Source: Squalus acanthias (taxonomy: Eukaryota). From it: a stretch of DNA of 64,000 nt. The notes below the pieces were generated by a model. That model ran no database searches. It saw only the letters and a program-made list of their open reading frames with translations, and was not told the DNA's origin. Made by a program: the position numbers and the translations under genes. Below are positions 47,223 to 59,480 of the stretch, one piece after another (the stretch's first letter is position 1; the number at the start of each line of letters is the position of its first letter). The DNA lies in NCBI GenBank assembly GCA_030390025.1, contig CM059432.1:137766001-137830000 (forward strand). The letters run 5' to 3'.

Positions 47223-50200
47223 GGGGGGGGGGGGGGGGGGGGGGGTGGGGGGGGGGGTTGCTAATGCTATTGAGGAGGGTTTAAGCTAATTTGGCAGGGT
47301 GATGGGCACCAGGATGTAGCATTAGAAAGTAGAAACAAAGTGCACAAAGGATGGGGAGAGACTTATAGCACTAGAGTAAGAAATAGTACAGTATTAGGTG
47401 GGGTCAGACTAAGAGAGAATATAAGGTCTAAGACAGGTTTACAGTGCATGTGTGTAAATGCACGAAGCTTGGTAAATAAGGTTGGTGAGCTGCAGGTGCA
47501 AATAGCCACATGGGAATATGATGATGTGGCAATAACGGAGACCTGGCTCAAAAAAGGGCAGGATTGGGTTTTAAATATTCCTGAATATAAGGTGTTCAGG
47601 AAAGATAGGGAAGGAAAGAAAGGAGGTGGGGAGGCAGTATTGGTTAAGGAGAATATTACAGTGCTGGAGAGAGAGGATGTCCTGGAGGGGTCAAGCATAG
47701 AATCTATTTGGTTAGAGTTGAGAAATAATAGAGGTGCCATTACACTACTAGGTGTATTCTATAGGCCGCCAACTAGTGGGAAAGATGTAGAGTAGCAAAT
47801 TTGCAGGGAAAGTACAGAGAGGTGCAAGAACTATAGAGTAGTAATACTGGGGAACTTCAATTATCCTAATATAGACTGGGATAGTAATCGTGTAAAGGGC
47901 AGAGAGGAGGAAGAATTTCTGAAGTGTGTTCAGGAGAACTTTCTTGATCAGTGCGTTTCCGGCCCAACGAGGAAGGAGGCATTGCTGGATCTGGTTCTGG
48001 GGAATGAGGTAGGCCAAGTGGAGCAAGTGTCAGTAGGGGAACATTTAGGGAACAGTGATCATAGTATCATAAGGTTTAGATTAGCTATGGAAAAGGACAA
48101 GGAGCAATCTAGAGTAAAAATACTTAATTGGAGGAAGGCCAATTTAAGTGGGTTTAGAACAAATTTGGCCCGGGTAAATTGGAATCAAAGATTGGTGGCA
48201 AAACTGTAATGGAACAATGGGCTGTCTTTAAGGAGGAGATGGTTCGGGTATAGTCGAGGTAGATTCCCACGAGAGGGAAAGGTAGGGCAACTAAAGCCAG
48301 AGCTCCCTGGATGACGAAAGATGAAGCAGAAAAAAGAACGCGTATGACAGATGTCAGGTTGAGAATATAAGTGAGAATCAGGCTGAATATAGTAATTTCA
48401 GAGGGGAAGTGAAAAAGAATTTAAGAGGGGCAAAGAGAGAGTTTGAGAATAGATTGGCAGCTAACATAAAAGGGAATTCAAAAGTCTTCTATCGGCATAT
48501 AAATAATAAACGGGTAGTAAGAGGAGGGATGGGGCTGATTAGGGACCAAAAAGGAGACCTACGCATGGAGGCAAAGGGCATAGCTGAGGTACTAAATGAG
48601 TACTTTGCATCTGTCTTCACCAAGGAAGAAAATGCTGCCAAAGTCATAGTGAAAGCAGAGGTTGTGGAAATATTGGATGAGATAGAAATTGATAAAGAGG
48701 AGGTACTAGAAAGACTGTCTGTACTTAAAGTTGATAAGTCACCAGGACCGGATGGGATGCATCCCAGGATGCTGAGGGAAGTTAAGGAGGAAATAGCAGA
48801 GGTACTGGCCATAATCTTCCAATCCTCCTTAGATACGAGGGTGGTGCCAGATGACTGGAGAATTGCAAATGTTACACCCTTGTTCAAAAAAGGATGTAAG
48901 GATAAACCCAGCAACTACAGGCCAGTCAGTTTAACCTCGTTAGTGGGAAAGCTTTTAAAAACAATAATCAGGGACAAAGTTAACAGTCACTTCGACAAGT
49001 GTGGATTAATTAAGGAAAACCAGCATGGATTTGTTAAAGGCAAATTGTGTTTAACTAACTTGATCGAGTTTTTTGATGAGGTAACAGAGAGGGTTAATGA
49101 GGGCAATGCGGTTGATGTGGTGTAAATGGATTTTCAAAAGGCATTTGATAAAGTACCACATAATAGACTTGCCAGCAAAGTTGAAGCCTGTGGAATAAAA
49201 GGACAGTGGCAGCATGGATACGAAATTGGCTAAGTGACAGGAAACAGAGAGTAGTGGTGAACAGTTGTTTTTCGGACTGGAGGAAGGTATACAGTGGTAT
49301 TCCCCGGGGTCGGTACTAGGACCATTGCTTTTCTTGATATATATTAATGACATGGACTTGGAAGTACAGGGCACAATTTCAAAATTTGCAGATGACACAA
49401 AACTTGGAAGTATAGTGAACAGTGAGGAGGATAGTGATAGACTTCAGGAAGAGATAGACAGGCTGGTGGAATGGGCGGACATGTGGCAGATGAAATTTAT
49501 CGCAGAAAAGTGCGAAGTGATACATTTTGGGAAGAAGAACGAGGAGAAGCAATATAAACTAAAGGGTACAATTCTAAAGTGGGTGCACCTACTCCTGCTC
49601 CTAGTTTCTATGTTTCTATGTTTCTATGAACAGAGAAACCTGGGATATATGTGCACAAATCGTTGAAGGTGGCAGGGCAGGTTGAGAAAGCGGTTAAAAA
49701 AGCATACGGGATACTGGGCTTCATAAATAGAGGCATTTGGTACAGAAGCAAGGAAGTTATGATGAACCGTTAGAAAACACTGGTTCGGCCTCAACTGGAG
49801 TATTGTGTCCAATTCTGGGCACTGCACTTTAGGAAGGATGTGAAGGCCTTAGAGAGGGTGCAGAAAAGATTTACGAGAATGATTCCAGGGATGAGGGACT
49901 TCAGTTATGTGAATAGAGTAGAGAAGCTGGGGTTGTTCTCCTTAGAGCAGAGAAGGTTGAGAGGACATTTGATAGAGGTGTTCAAAATCATGAGGGGTCT
50001 GGACAGAGAAGATAGAGAGAAACTGTTCCCATTGGTGGAAGGGTCGAGAACCAGAGGACACAGATTTAAGGTGATTGGCAAAAGAATCTAAGGCGACATG
50101 AGGAAAACAAATTTTGCGCAGCGAGTGGTTATGATCTGGAATGCACTGCCTGAAAGGGTGGTGGAGGCAGACTCAATCGTGGCTTTCAAAAGGGAATTGG

Positions 50201-50346
50201 ATAAGTACCTGAAGGAAAAAATTTGCAGGGCTACAGGGAAAGGGCGGGGGAGTGGGACTAGCTGAAGTGCTCTTGCAGAGAGCTGTCATGGGCTCGACGG
50301 GCCAAATGGCCTCCTTCTGTGCTGTAACCATATTATGATTCTATGA
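46530..50346 (+). mobile_element. Long CR1 LINE: ORF1 SGNH-esterase domain, ORF2 APE plus RT (disrupted), 3' tail
   Basis: CLPGARVKDV...VVHIGTSDI...DGLHLN (ORF1); NARSL, AITETWL, YRPP, SDH, KSPGPDG, NYRPVSLTS, KFADDTKL (ORF2); tail tatgattctatga. Confidence 0.96.
47081..47257. repeat. ~175-nt poly-G tract inside the end of CR1 ORF1
   Basis: Directly visible, with a few interspersed T. Confidence 0.95.
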
Positions 50347-50899
50347 TTGGTGCAAGTTAGGTTGCAGGCAGTGGAGTTTTGGATGAGTTCAAGTTTACGG
50401 AGGGTTCAAGGTGGGTGACAGGCCAGGAGAGCATTGGAATAGTCAAGGCTAGAGGCAACAAAGGCATGGAAGGTTGTCGGGTACATCCTATTCAGATGCA
50501 ATGCAAATTTGTTTGACCTAAGGATTGAGTGTTTCTAGACCTGTACCCGTGTATTCTCACTCCTTGCAGCTTATAATATTTGAGGTCACGTTCTTTTAAA
50601 GTGAGCGTAGTAATAACATGTCTGTAAATAGTTGTCTGGACCACCAGATAACAAGACTTTTTCTTCCAGCTATTGTCACGTAGTGATAGGTCTGCAGATA
50701 TTTATAGAAACCTGTGCTGGAAGCACCGCTGTAGTGCAGCAAAAATCTGTATTTCAGCATCTGATATGACAGCTACATTCTTTATGATGTTGTTTTCTTG
50801 CACATTCCATGTCTGCATCTAAGGTAGCTATTTTGTATTCTGTATCCCAGTGGGTAATGTTTGAGGTTTTGATGGAAACTTATTAAACGGTTACAATTT

Positions 50900-51305
50900 G
50901 TGTTTAAGACGATTAAAGAAGTTGATAGGGTAGATAGAAAGAAACAATTTCCTTTGGTTGGGGGGTGGGGGGTGGGGGGCGGTGGGGGGTGGTGTGGAGA
51001 CCAGAACAAGGGAGCGTAACCTTAAAATTAGAGCTCGGCCATTCGCTGGTAATGTCAGAACCACTTCTTCACACAAAGGGTAGTGGAAATCTGGAACTCT
51101 CTCCCCCAAAAAACTGTTGAGGCTGAGGGTCAATTGAAAATGTCAAAACTGAGATTGATAGATTTTAGATTTTTGTTAGGCAAGAGTATTAAGGGTTATG
51201 GAACCAAGGCGGGTAGATGGAGTTAAGATACAGATCAGCCATGATCAAATTTGAATGGCGGAACAGGCTCGAGGGGCTGAATGGCCCCCTCCTGTTCCTA
51301 TATTC
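50900..51305 (+). mobile_element. CR1 LINE 3' end
   Basis: gttgatagggtagataga, cttcttcacacaaagggtagtggaaatctggaactc, tail cctcctgttcctat. Confidence 0.85.
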
Positions 51306-51422
51306 CAATCTTCCAACCGCAATCTTACAGCCAGCACCAATATTTACCTTCCAGATCCTCATGATAAACACCCAGTTTGTATTATAGGAATATTAACGTG
51401 TTGTTACTCTCTCATATACGTA

Positions 51423-52042
51423 GGGCTGGATTTTCTCAATGAGAAGCTTTTGGAGGCGGGACTGTTGCTTGCCGGCTTGCAATCCCGCCTCCATCAGCTT
51501 CTGGCCAACCAACGGGATTTTCCCCTGATTGACCTTGTTAAGCCCGCCCGGCGGGCTCAGCAGGCCAATTAGGAGGAAGCCACTGACAGAGCACGTCAAC
51601 GTCTGGCGTGCCATCTGTCAAGAATTTTTGAAAAAAGAAATGTAATTGTTTGGCAGCTCTGTGAAGCTGTCAAACACTGACATTCTGTGTAGTTTGATGA
51701 GTCCTTGTGTTCAGGACTCATCAAACCTTTCAACTTTGTAGAAATCACCTGGCTGTTGGTTCAGAGGATCCAACAGCCAGTCTGTGATCGCTACAATGGA
51801 GATGTCGGGGACTCCGGCTCCACAGCGGCTGAAGGCTGTAGGCAGAAACAAAGGTAAGTGAACATTTTCTAACACTTTACACTCACCTTACATACTTACC
51901 ACTCCACACTTGCACCCATCACTCACCTCTACATCGCACTTTTAGACCCCTCCGACCCCCACAGACCTCCTACTCACCTCCTACACCCTGGCGGGGTTCC
52001 CCGAGGTCAGGAAGCCGGCACTTCGGAAGGAAAAATGGGGAT
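51423..52042. mobile_element. Probable Harbinger-type element with stacked internal hairpins
   Basis: Terminus gggctggattttc; subterminal inverted repeat ggaggcggga/tcccgcctcc; right end only weakly matched. Confidence 0.55.
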
Positions 52043-53097
52043 AATCCTATTTTCTGCCTGTTAACTACCTGTTAGTTTCATCTTTAATCCTGCATTAAAG
52101 AACTTTTAAACCATTCAGACAACTTCTATATCAATGACAGTCTGACAATACAGATTCAGAAGCTGTTATTAAACTGCACTCTGACCAAAGAGCCAGCTGT
52201 GCAAACAGTGATTAATTTTAATGGCAAACAGGATCATTGCCTTTCATTCATTTCTCACCCAAGTGGTCAGCCCATAGTGTTTTTGGTTGATGAAGGTTTC
52301 CTAACTCTACTACTCCCTACGGGGTGCTCCCCTAGCGGCCTGAGCAGAGCTGGTGGAAAGCTGCTGTGCCTCATGTTGGGCCCTTTGAGACGCTCATGAC
52401 GGGTGACTTCTAGGTGCTCGAGCCGGTGAGGAGCTGGCTGCTGCCAGGGCAGTCTGGCCCAGCTGACTTGCCGACACCATGGCTGGCACTGGCTGAGGGT
52501 GTGGTGGAGGAGCAGATGTGCTGATATCCTGAATGGCCAGCGTGGCCACTGCAACCCCGATGGAGCTGGGGCTTCATCACCTGCCGATCTGCGGGAGAGC
52601 GGACCGCAGAAGATGGAGCGACTCCTGGAAAGCCCCCATCTATTCAGTCTGCTAACCTGTGCAAAGTGGACGCTTGTCTCCCAGTTGGAGGCCAAAGTCT
52701 GCATGTCAGCCATTTGATCTTCCACCAGAGCTGCGTAAAATACAACTGCTTGAGTGAGGCCAACGGTTTCCTTTCCGTAGCTGAAGTCCTCATCTCTGTC
52801 TTGCTCCTCAGAGCTGGGAGAGGGTCTCGCCCTCCCATGAGCTCTCTCCCTGGGCTGTCCCTGTTGCCTGTACCTGCTGCTGCTCACTGGATGTTTCACC
52901 ACAGGCAGACGCCCCTCTGCCTCGCTACCCGTGCGAAGTGCCGAAGCCTGAGCTAGTGCCTGTTAAGGGATGTAGCGCGTGACACGCACCTAATATCTCG
53001 AGAATCTGACATTTTGTTTCTCACAATAATGCTGAAAATTGCACATAGCATCAAGAAGAAGGTGGCACAGAGGAGGTATACAACAGATCACTTGTTT

Positions 53098-54135
53098 TAG
53101 GGCTGGAGGAAGGTATACAGTGGTGTTCCCCAGGGGTCGGTACTAGGACCACTGCTTTCCTTGATATATATTAATGACTTGGGCTTGGGTGTACAGGGCA
53201 CAATTTCAAAATTTGCAGATGACACAAAACTTGGAAGTATAGTGAAACGTGAGGATGATAGTGATAGACTTCAAGAGGACACAGACAGGCTGGTGGAATG
53301 GGCGGACACGTGGCAGATGAAATTTATCACAGAAAAGTGCGAAGTGATACATTTTGGTAGGAAGAACGAGGAGAGGCAATATAAACTAAAGGGTACAATC
53401 CTAAAGGGGCTGCATGAACAGAGAGACCTGGGGGTATATGCGCACAAATCGTTGAAGGTGGCAGGGCAGGTTGAGAAAGTGGTTAAAAAAGTTTACGGGA
53501 TCCTGGACTTCATGAATAGAGGCATAGAGTACAAAAGCAAGGTAGTTATGATGAACCTTTATAAAACACTGGTCCGACCTTAACTGGAGTATTGTGTCCA
53601 ATTCTGGGTGTTGCACTTTAGGAAGGATGTGAAGGCTTTAGAAAGGGTGCAGAAAAGATTTACAATAATGGTTCCAGGGATGAGGGACTTCAGTTACGTG
53701 GATAGACTGGAGAAGCTGGGGTTGTTCTCCTTAGAGCAGAGAAGGTTGAGAGGACATTTGATAGAGGTGTTCAAAATCATGAGGGGTCTGGACAGAGTAA
53801 ATAGAGAGAAACTGTTCCCATTGGCAGAAGGGTCGAGAACCAGAGGACACACATTTAAGGTGATTGGCAGAAGAACCAAAGGTGACATGAGGAAAAACCT
53901 TTTTACGCAGCGAGTGGTTATGATCTAGAATGCACTGCCTGAAAGGGTGGTGGAGGCAGATTCAATTGTGGCTTTCAAAAGGGAATTGGATAAGTACCTG
54001 AAGGAAAGGATTTGCAGGGCTATGGGGAAAGGGCGGGCGAGTGGGACTAGCTAAAGTGCTCTTGCGGAGAGCCGGCACAGGCTCGATGGGTCGAATGGCC
54101 TTCTTCTATGCTGTAACCATTCTATGATTCGATGA
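53098..54135 (+). mobile_element. CR1 LINE, 5'-truncated young copy
   Basis: ORFs 53161..53583 and 53608..53928; closely colinear with 49275-50346. Confidence 0.95.
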
Positions 54136-54584
54136 GACACTTTGGTGCTGAATATTAAGAAAAATTGCTGACAATCCCAACAGATCAAATGGACAGGCGT
54201 CTGAGCATTAAATTTAAATTTCTTCAACTCTGCACCTAGGATTTTTCATTGACTCCTTCATCGTCCGTATACATCTCTGCATTTCATGGTATGAATTTTG
54301 GGTGTTCTTTAGAATTTTGTTCAAACTAAATTCATAAACAAGCTGATGCCAAAGATCAGCAGACACAGAGCCCAAACTTAATCAGTTTTACGTGATGAAG
54401 CAGAATTAAAACCCAACCACAGAGCTTTATTGTTGGACAAATTTGAAAGATTATCAAGAGGGAAAAATTTAAATAGATCCCATCTCAGATTTTTTTTAAA
54501 GAGACACTACCTTGATGAAAAAGGGTTTTGCAAATTTCCTTTCATTTGTTTGCAACATAACATAAATTGCGATAAAAATGCCTC

Positions 54585-54955
54585 AATAACAACAACAATA
54601 TGCATTTATATTGTGCCTTTAACGTAGTAAAACGTCTCAAGGCGCTTCACAGGAGCGATTATCAAACAAAGTTTGACACCGAGCCACATAAGGAGATATT
54701 AGGACAGGTGTCAAAGAGGTAGGTTTTAAGGAGCATCCTAAAGGAGGAGAGAGAGGTAGAGAGGCGGAGAGGTTTAGGGAGAGAATTCCAGAGCTTAGGG
54801 CCTTGGCAGCTGAAGGCACGGCCACCAATGGTGGTGCGATTAAAATCGGGGGTGCTCCTGAGGCCAGAATTAGAGAAGCGCAGATATCTCGGCGGGTTGT
54901 GGGGCTGGAGGAGATTACGAAGATAGGGAGTGGCGAGGCCTTGGATGGATTCATC
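54585..54955 (-). mobile_element. L2 LINE 3' end
   Basis: Colinear with 18811-19195. Confidence 0.88.
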
Positions 54956-55614
54956 AAAGTAGTGGCACTTTAATCATTGTGCAGCAGTGGAAGTTTATTC
55001 TTTCACTGGCCTGAAAGATGATGGCAGTACATTGTCAGTCATTAATTTTTTTGAATTCTGCTTTTCTTTCACTTTCACTTAATTAAAGGAGAAGATGTAC
55101 TTTCACCACTAGTCTCAGTACGCCAGTAAAACCCACAGAAAGACACATGTATATATATCACTGATAAGTTCATCACACAGAGGCTGACTCTTTATAACGA
55201 TTGGCTTCCTCTTACAAACTGTAGCATCATGTTTTATAACACTGTTGAATTTATTTGTGTGTTGTCTGCGGTTCTCCTGACTTAGTTTTATTACCAAGGA
55301 GTTTACAGTGGCTACCAGCCAGTCAAAATCCTTATTTATCCTTATCCATATTGTAATTGTCCCCTCACATGGCTATTGCCACACTGTTCTTTACAGTCTG
55401 TACGAGTACTTTCAGCAGCCATAAATGTCCACGAGCATAACTTTGAGTCAGCCTAGATTCCCCTTGAAACAAATGGGAGGAGAAGGCTTGTAAATTTTGC
55501 TGTGTTGTGTACACAGCAATTTCAGTCTATTATAGTGCGGTGCTGGGTCAGATAAATGGATTGGCGTCGACCGGTGGTACGGTACATCCCTGATCTGGAC
55601 GACCAAAATCAATT

Positions 55615-56225
55615 GGGGGTGAGTTTCACCCTACCCGCTCGGCGGAAACTGGGCAGGGGGCAGTTCAAATCGCCACGGTTACTTACCCGCACTGGGGCCG
55701 CCAGGAACTCTCACCATTCCGAATTTTAACCTCCTCTATTTGAGTAGGAGGTGGCAAGGACACCCGCCCAAAGCCTACAGGGATCCTTCGTTACGTGTAC
55801 ATGTCGGCACCCGGTGATGTCATCGGGACCCCATATGCAATTTTAACTGGTGGCCTGAGTAGGGAAGGTTGCTGTAGCTTTTCCCACATGTGGGGAAGAG
55901 GGGCCAGGGGCCCAGAAGATGCCCAAACAGGTCCTCGTCTTTACTTTCCTTGTCAGGCCCAAGAGTGCGCCTCCTGGCCCCGCAAAAGTAATGTTAAATT
56001 TACCCTTTTTGACGCCCTTTTCTGCCGTAGTGCTTGGTAAAAAACTGGGCGGGGGTCAGTGCAGGCTCTGCCCAGTTGTCGTCGTACCTGCAATGGGAGG
56101 TTCTACGTACGTCACAGGACCCCGATTTGCATATTAAGGGGGGCCTACTACCTGAAACAGGCAGGCACCCCAATTGTCCAGCAGGAGGCCCCTGTGAGGA
56201 TGGTGGCATTTTAAAATCTACCCCC
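55615..56225. mobile_element. Non-autonomous Harbinger-type element
   Basis: Ends gggggtgagttt / aaaatctaccccc; flanks att/act; atttgcatat near the right end. Confidence 0.65.
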
Positions 56226-56944
56226 ACTGGGTTTTTATGTAGCACACTAAATGGCAAGTTAATCTGTAATTTAAAGTTTATACAGGGTACAATCAGTTTT
56301 TTTTTCTTCCTGAAACTGCTCAGTTCTGAACCAGTCTAAAGCAATCATGGCAATCAGGGGGAATCGTATTACGGTTATAATTTACAGTAACAGCTCCCTC
56401 CCCAACAGGATTAGATCGCAAAGTAGTTGGCCATGATTGACCAAACATTTAGACAGGAGTAATTAATCGTTCGAAAGCTCCTCTTATTTGAACAGACTCG
56501 CATCCGCGACTATCCACATTACACCCAATCTCTATGTATTTGATTCTGTCACCAGTCACTGTATCAACCATCCCAGTTGTAAGCCTGACAGTTAAATTGA
56601 TTCTACATCACTTAATTCACTTATCTTTGCATGAGACTTGCAAATAAATTCCCCCCAAGGAGATGTCAGTGGAATGACGATGTTATCTCTCTCATAGTTA
56701 TACTTTCAGGGCGATACCAGAATACAGATTTCGAACTTGGCGATGCCATATTTTAATTTTATCTTTCCGTCACTCTGGTTTTTGTAGAAAATCTGGAGTA
56801 TTTTGGTGAAAGGCCTGAGGAAAGATGCGTCTTTTTTTCCTTAAAAGTTTCCATAATCTGAAAGTGCTGCAGTACAATCTTTACCAAATTGTTTTTAAAC
56901 AAAACAAAAGGAATAGAAAATAAGATATGTAAGTTAACCAGTTT

Positions 56945-57150
56945 AACAACAACAGCTTGCATTAATATAGTAGTAACCAAGGGGCTTCACAAGAGTGCTC
57001 GCAAACAACATTTGAAGACACGGCCGCCAATGGTGGGGCGATGGAAATCGGGGATGTGCAAGAGGCCAGAATTGGAGGAGCGCAGAGACCTCAGAGGTTT
57101 GTAGGGCTGGAAGGGATTACAGAGATAGGGAGGATGAGGCCATGGAGGGA
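56945..57150 (-). mobile_element. L2 LINE 3' fragment
   Basis: YKPLRSLRSSNSGLLHIP, as in 18926..19201. Confidence 0.8.
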
Positions 57151-57642
57151 TCATCACTTCCCTCAGCCACAAGCTGTTTCTCAGTCCATTTCCAGCACAG
57201 ATTCTGCAGGCTTTCCACTCTCCACTCTCTATCCACTCTTACCTCATTGGAAGAACTCTCTCACCATTGACAGAATGCTTCTGTCATCTCTACTTCACCT
57301 GCCATCTATTCCATCAACATGGGTGCCCTTTATACTGTCTCACCTTGGTCCTCAGAATCCGACCACGATCAGCCCCAACACCAGCAGCACCAGGAACACC
57401 AGCAGCACCAACAACAACACCAAACTTCTCCACACTCACCTGATGCTGCACAGGACACAGGGCATCAGCACCCGAGCATATTGCTGCCCGGGAGGGCAGG
57501 GATGGCCTCACCATAGCCAGATTTACTTCACTTGACGCTGCACACCCTGACTGCCACATGATGTGCCAGGTTGGCACCACCCCACACTAACACCATAAAG
57601 CATCCTTACAATGACCAAGCTATTCCTTTCACACTTACCACC

Positions 57643-57871
57643 TGACATGAATCTTGTCATTCATGTGGAAATGACTTATGAAATAATACTGGGCGGCCTG
57701 CTGGTGGCGCTGTCCAGGGAGAGTATAAATACTCGGGCATGGGCCCAGCTTGCTCAGGACATTCTTTAACAGGAACTAGTGAAGGACACAACTAGACCTC
57801 CGTGTTGAAAAACAGTTGATTAAAGCTTTGTTTAATGCTTAGACCAAGTGCCTAGTAGTTTTCTTACGTCA
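57643..57871 (+). mobile_element. Solo LTR, 229 bp
   Basis: TGACAT...ACGTCA inverted termini; 5-bp TSD CCACC (57638-57642, 57872-57876); TATA gtataaata ~57723; ATTAAA ~57819. Confidence 0.82.
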
Positions 57872-58254
57872 CCACCATTGCGGGGGGTACCGTTATGTCT
57901 CACCATTCACTGCAACTCACTAAGCCACAAATCTGTCCAAGAACAGAAAGTGTTGAAAATAAAGATTTCAATGTTTGACAGCACATTAACAGAAACTTTA
58001 CATGAACATTGGATAAAACACCCAAGTGGCTACACTTGTGTGTTGTTAGTTGGTATGATTGCACCAGGATGAGGGTGAGTGTGAGGGGTGGCTAGTGAGA
58101 TGGGGATGTGATAATATCGAGAGAGGGGGATGGGTGGAGGTGTAAGGTAAGTTGGTGTGAGTAAGGATGTGCAGGGGTAGGGTAGGGAAGGCAGAGTGAT
58201 GGGGATGTGATGAGTGGCACAGCAGGATGAGGTTGAGCGTGGCTTTGTACTAAC

Positions 58255-58476
58255 ATTTCGTGATCTAATGAGATCATTGAAACGTTTGCGGCACTGCACC
58301 CAGGTCCTCCTGACCACATCCCTGCTTGTGCCCTCCTCTGCAATGTGCAACCAGGCTGTGTTGGTCTCCAGGGGAGGTGTCTTCCACCCATGGAAAGGGA
58401 AGAGGACCTCCCTGCGTGCTCTGACCCCCTCCAAAAGCAAATAGAGGGAGTCATGGGAGAACCTGGGTGCAGCCCT
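58255..58476 (-). pseudogene. Myb/SANT-like DNA-binding domain exon of Harbinger ORF2
   Basis: RAAPRFSHDSLYLLLEGVRARREVLF...AWLHIAEE...RRTWVQCRKRFNDLIR fits the trihelix Myb/SANT-like pattern. Confidence 0.85.
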
Positions 58477-58839
58477 GCACCTCTGTGCAGTGATTGTCAG
58501 TGTTTGCAGCACCTCAATGCTGTAGAACACTGACTGCACAAATGTCAAAATAAAGTTGGCCACGGTCCCTTTAAGGAAACCGGCTGATGACGCGTCATGA
58601 AATGACGTCACCAGACCCGCTTCCTCTCATTGGACCGGCAAACGCGCTGGGCGGACTTAACAAGCCCTATCAACGGAAAGTCATTTTGGACAGAGGGCTG
58701 GAGCCGACAGCGTGGTCGGGACCCACCACCGACATCGCCCGCTACGGACCCACCGAGAGGTTAGCAAAATTCTGTAGCCTGCACTTAGTGAACCCTCCGC
58801 TCCCTTCCCCCAACTCAGTGCAGCTCGGATCAGCAACTT

Positions 58840-59480
58840 TTTAAAAAATTTGTTTTTATGGGATGTGGGTGTCGCTGGCAAGGCCAGCATTTATTGCCCA
58901 TCTCTAATTGCCCTTGAGAAGGTGGGGGTGAGCCGCCTTCTTGTAGATGGTACACACTGCAGCCACGGTGCGCCGGTGGTGGAGGGAGTGAATGTTTAAG
59001 GTGGTGGATGGGGTGCCAATCAAGCGGGCTGCTTTGTCCTGGATGGTGTCGAGCTTCTTGAGTGTTGTTGGAGCTGCATTCATCCAGGCAAGTGGAGAGT
59101 ATTCCATCACACTCCTTACTTGTGCCTTGTAGATGGTGGAAAGGCTTTGGGGGGTCAGGAGGTGAGACACTCGCCGCAGAATACCTAGCCTCTGACCTGC
59201 TCTTGTTGCCACAGTATTTATGTGGCTGGTCCAGTTAAGTTTCTGGTCAATGGTGACCCCCCAGGATGTTGATTTGTGGGGATTTGGCGATGGTAATGCC
59301 GTTGTATGTCAAGGGGCGGGGGTTAGATGCTCGCTTGTTGGAGATAGTCATTGCCTGGCACTTGTGTGGCGCGAATGTTACCTGCCACTTATCAACCCAA
59401 GCCTGAACGTCATCCAGGTCTTGTTGCATGCGGGCATGGGCTGCTTCATTATCTGAGGAGTTGTGAATGGCGCTGAACAG
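58840..59480 (-). mobile_element. LINE of the CR1/L2 group (clade not resolved), 3' portion
   Basis: MQQDLDDVQAWVDKWQVTFAPHKCQ; LSTIYKAQVRSVMEYSPLAW...DTIQDKAARLI. Confidence 0.85.

Larger units (their letters stand above)
57160..58780. mobile_element. Harbinger transposon remnant with a Myb/SANT-like gene and a nested solo LTR
   Basis: Myb/SANT-like domain at 58255-58476; ccctttaagg motif and CpG-rich end as in the other family members; left boundary uncertain. Confidence 0.65.

Noticed and set aside
46949..47284. Glycine-rich ORFs
   Set aside because: Translations of the poly-G tract, not a gene
51692..51726. tgatgagtcc...ggac resembling a hammerhead stem II
   Set aside because: Lacks the C of CUGANGA and the GAAA; it is a plain palindrome, reported under the hairpin cassette
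57319..57516. Gln/His-rich ORF as a host exon
   Set aside because: Lies within a probable Harbinger remnant; it may be a transposase N-terminal relic, but no catalytic motif is visible
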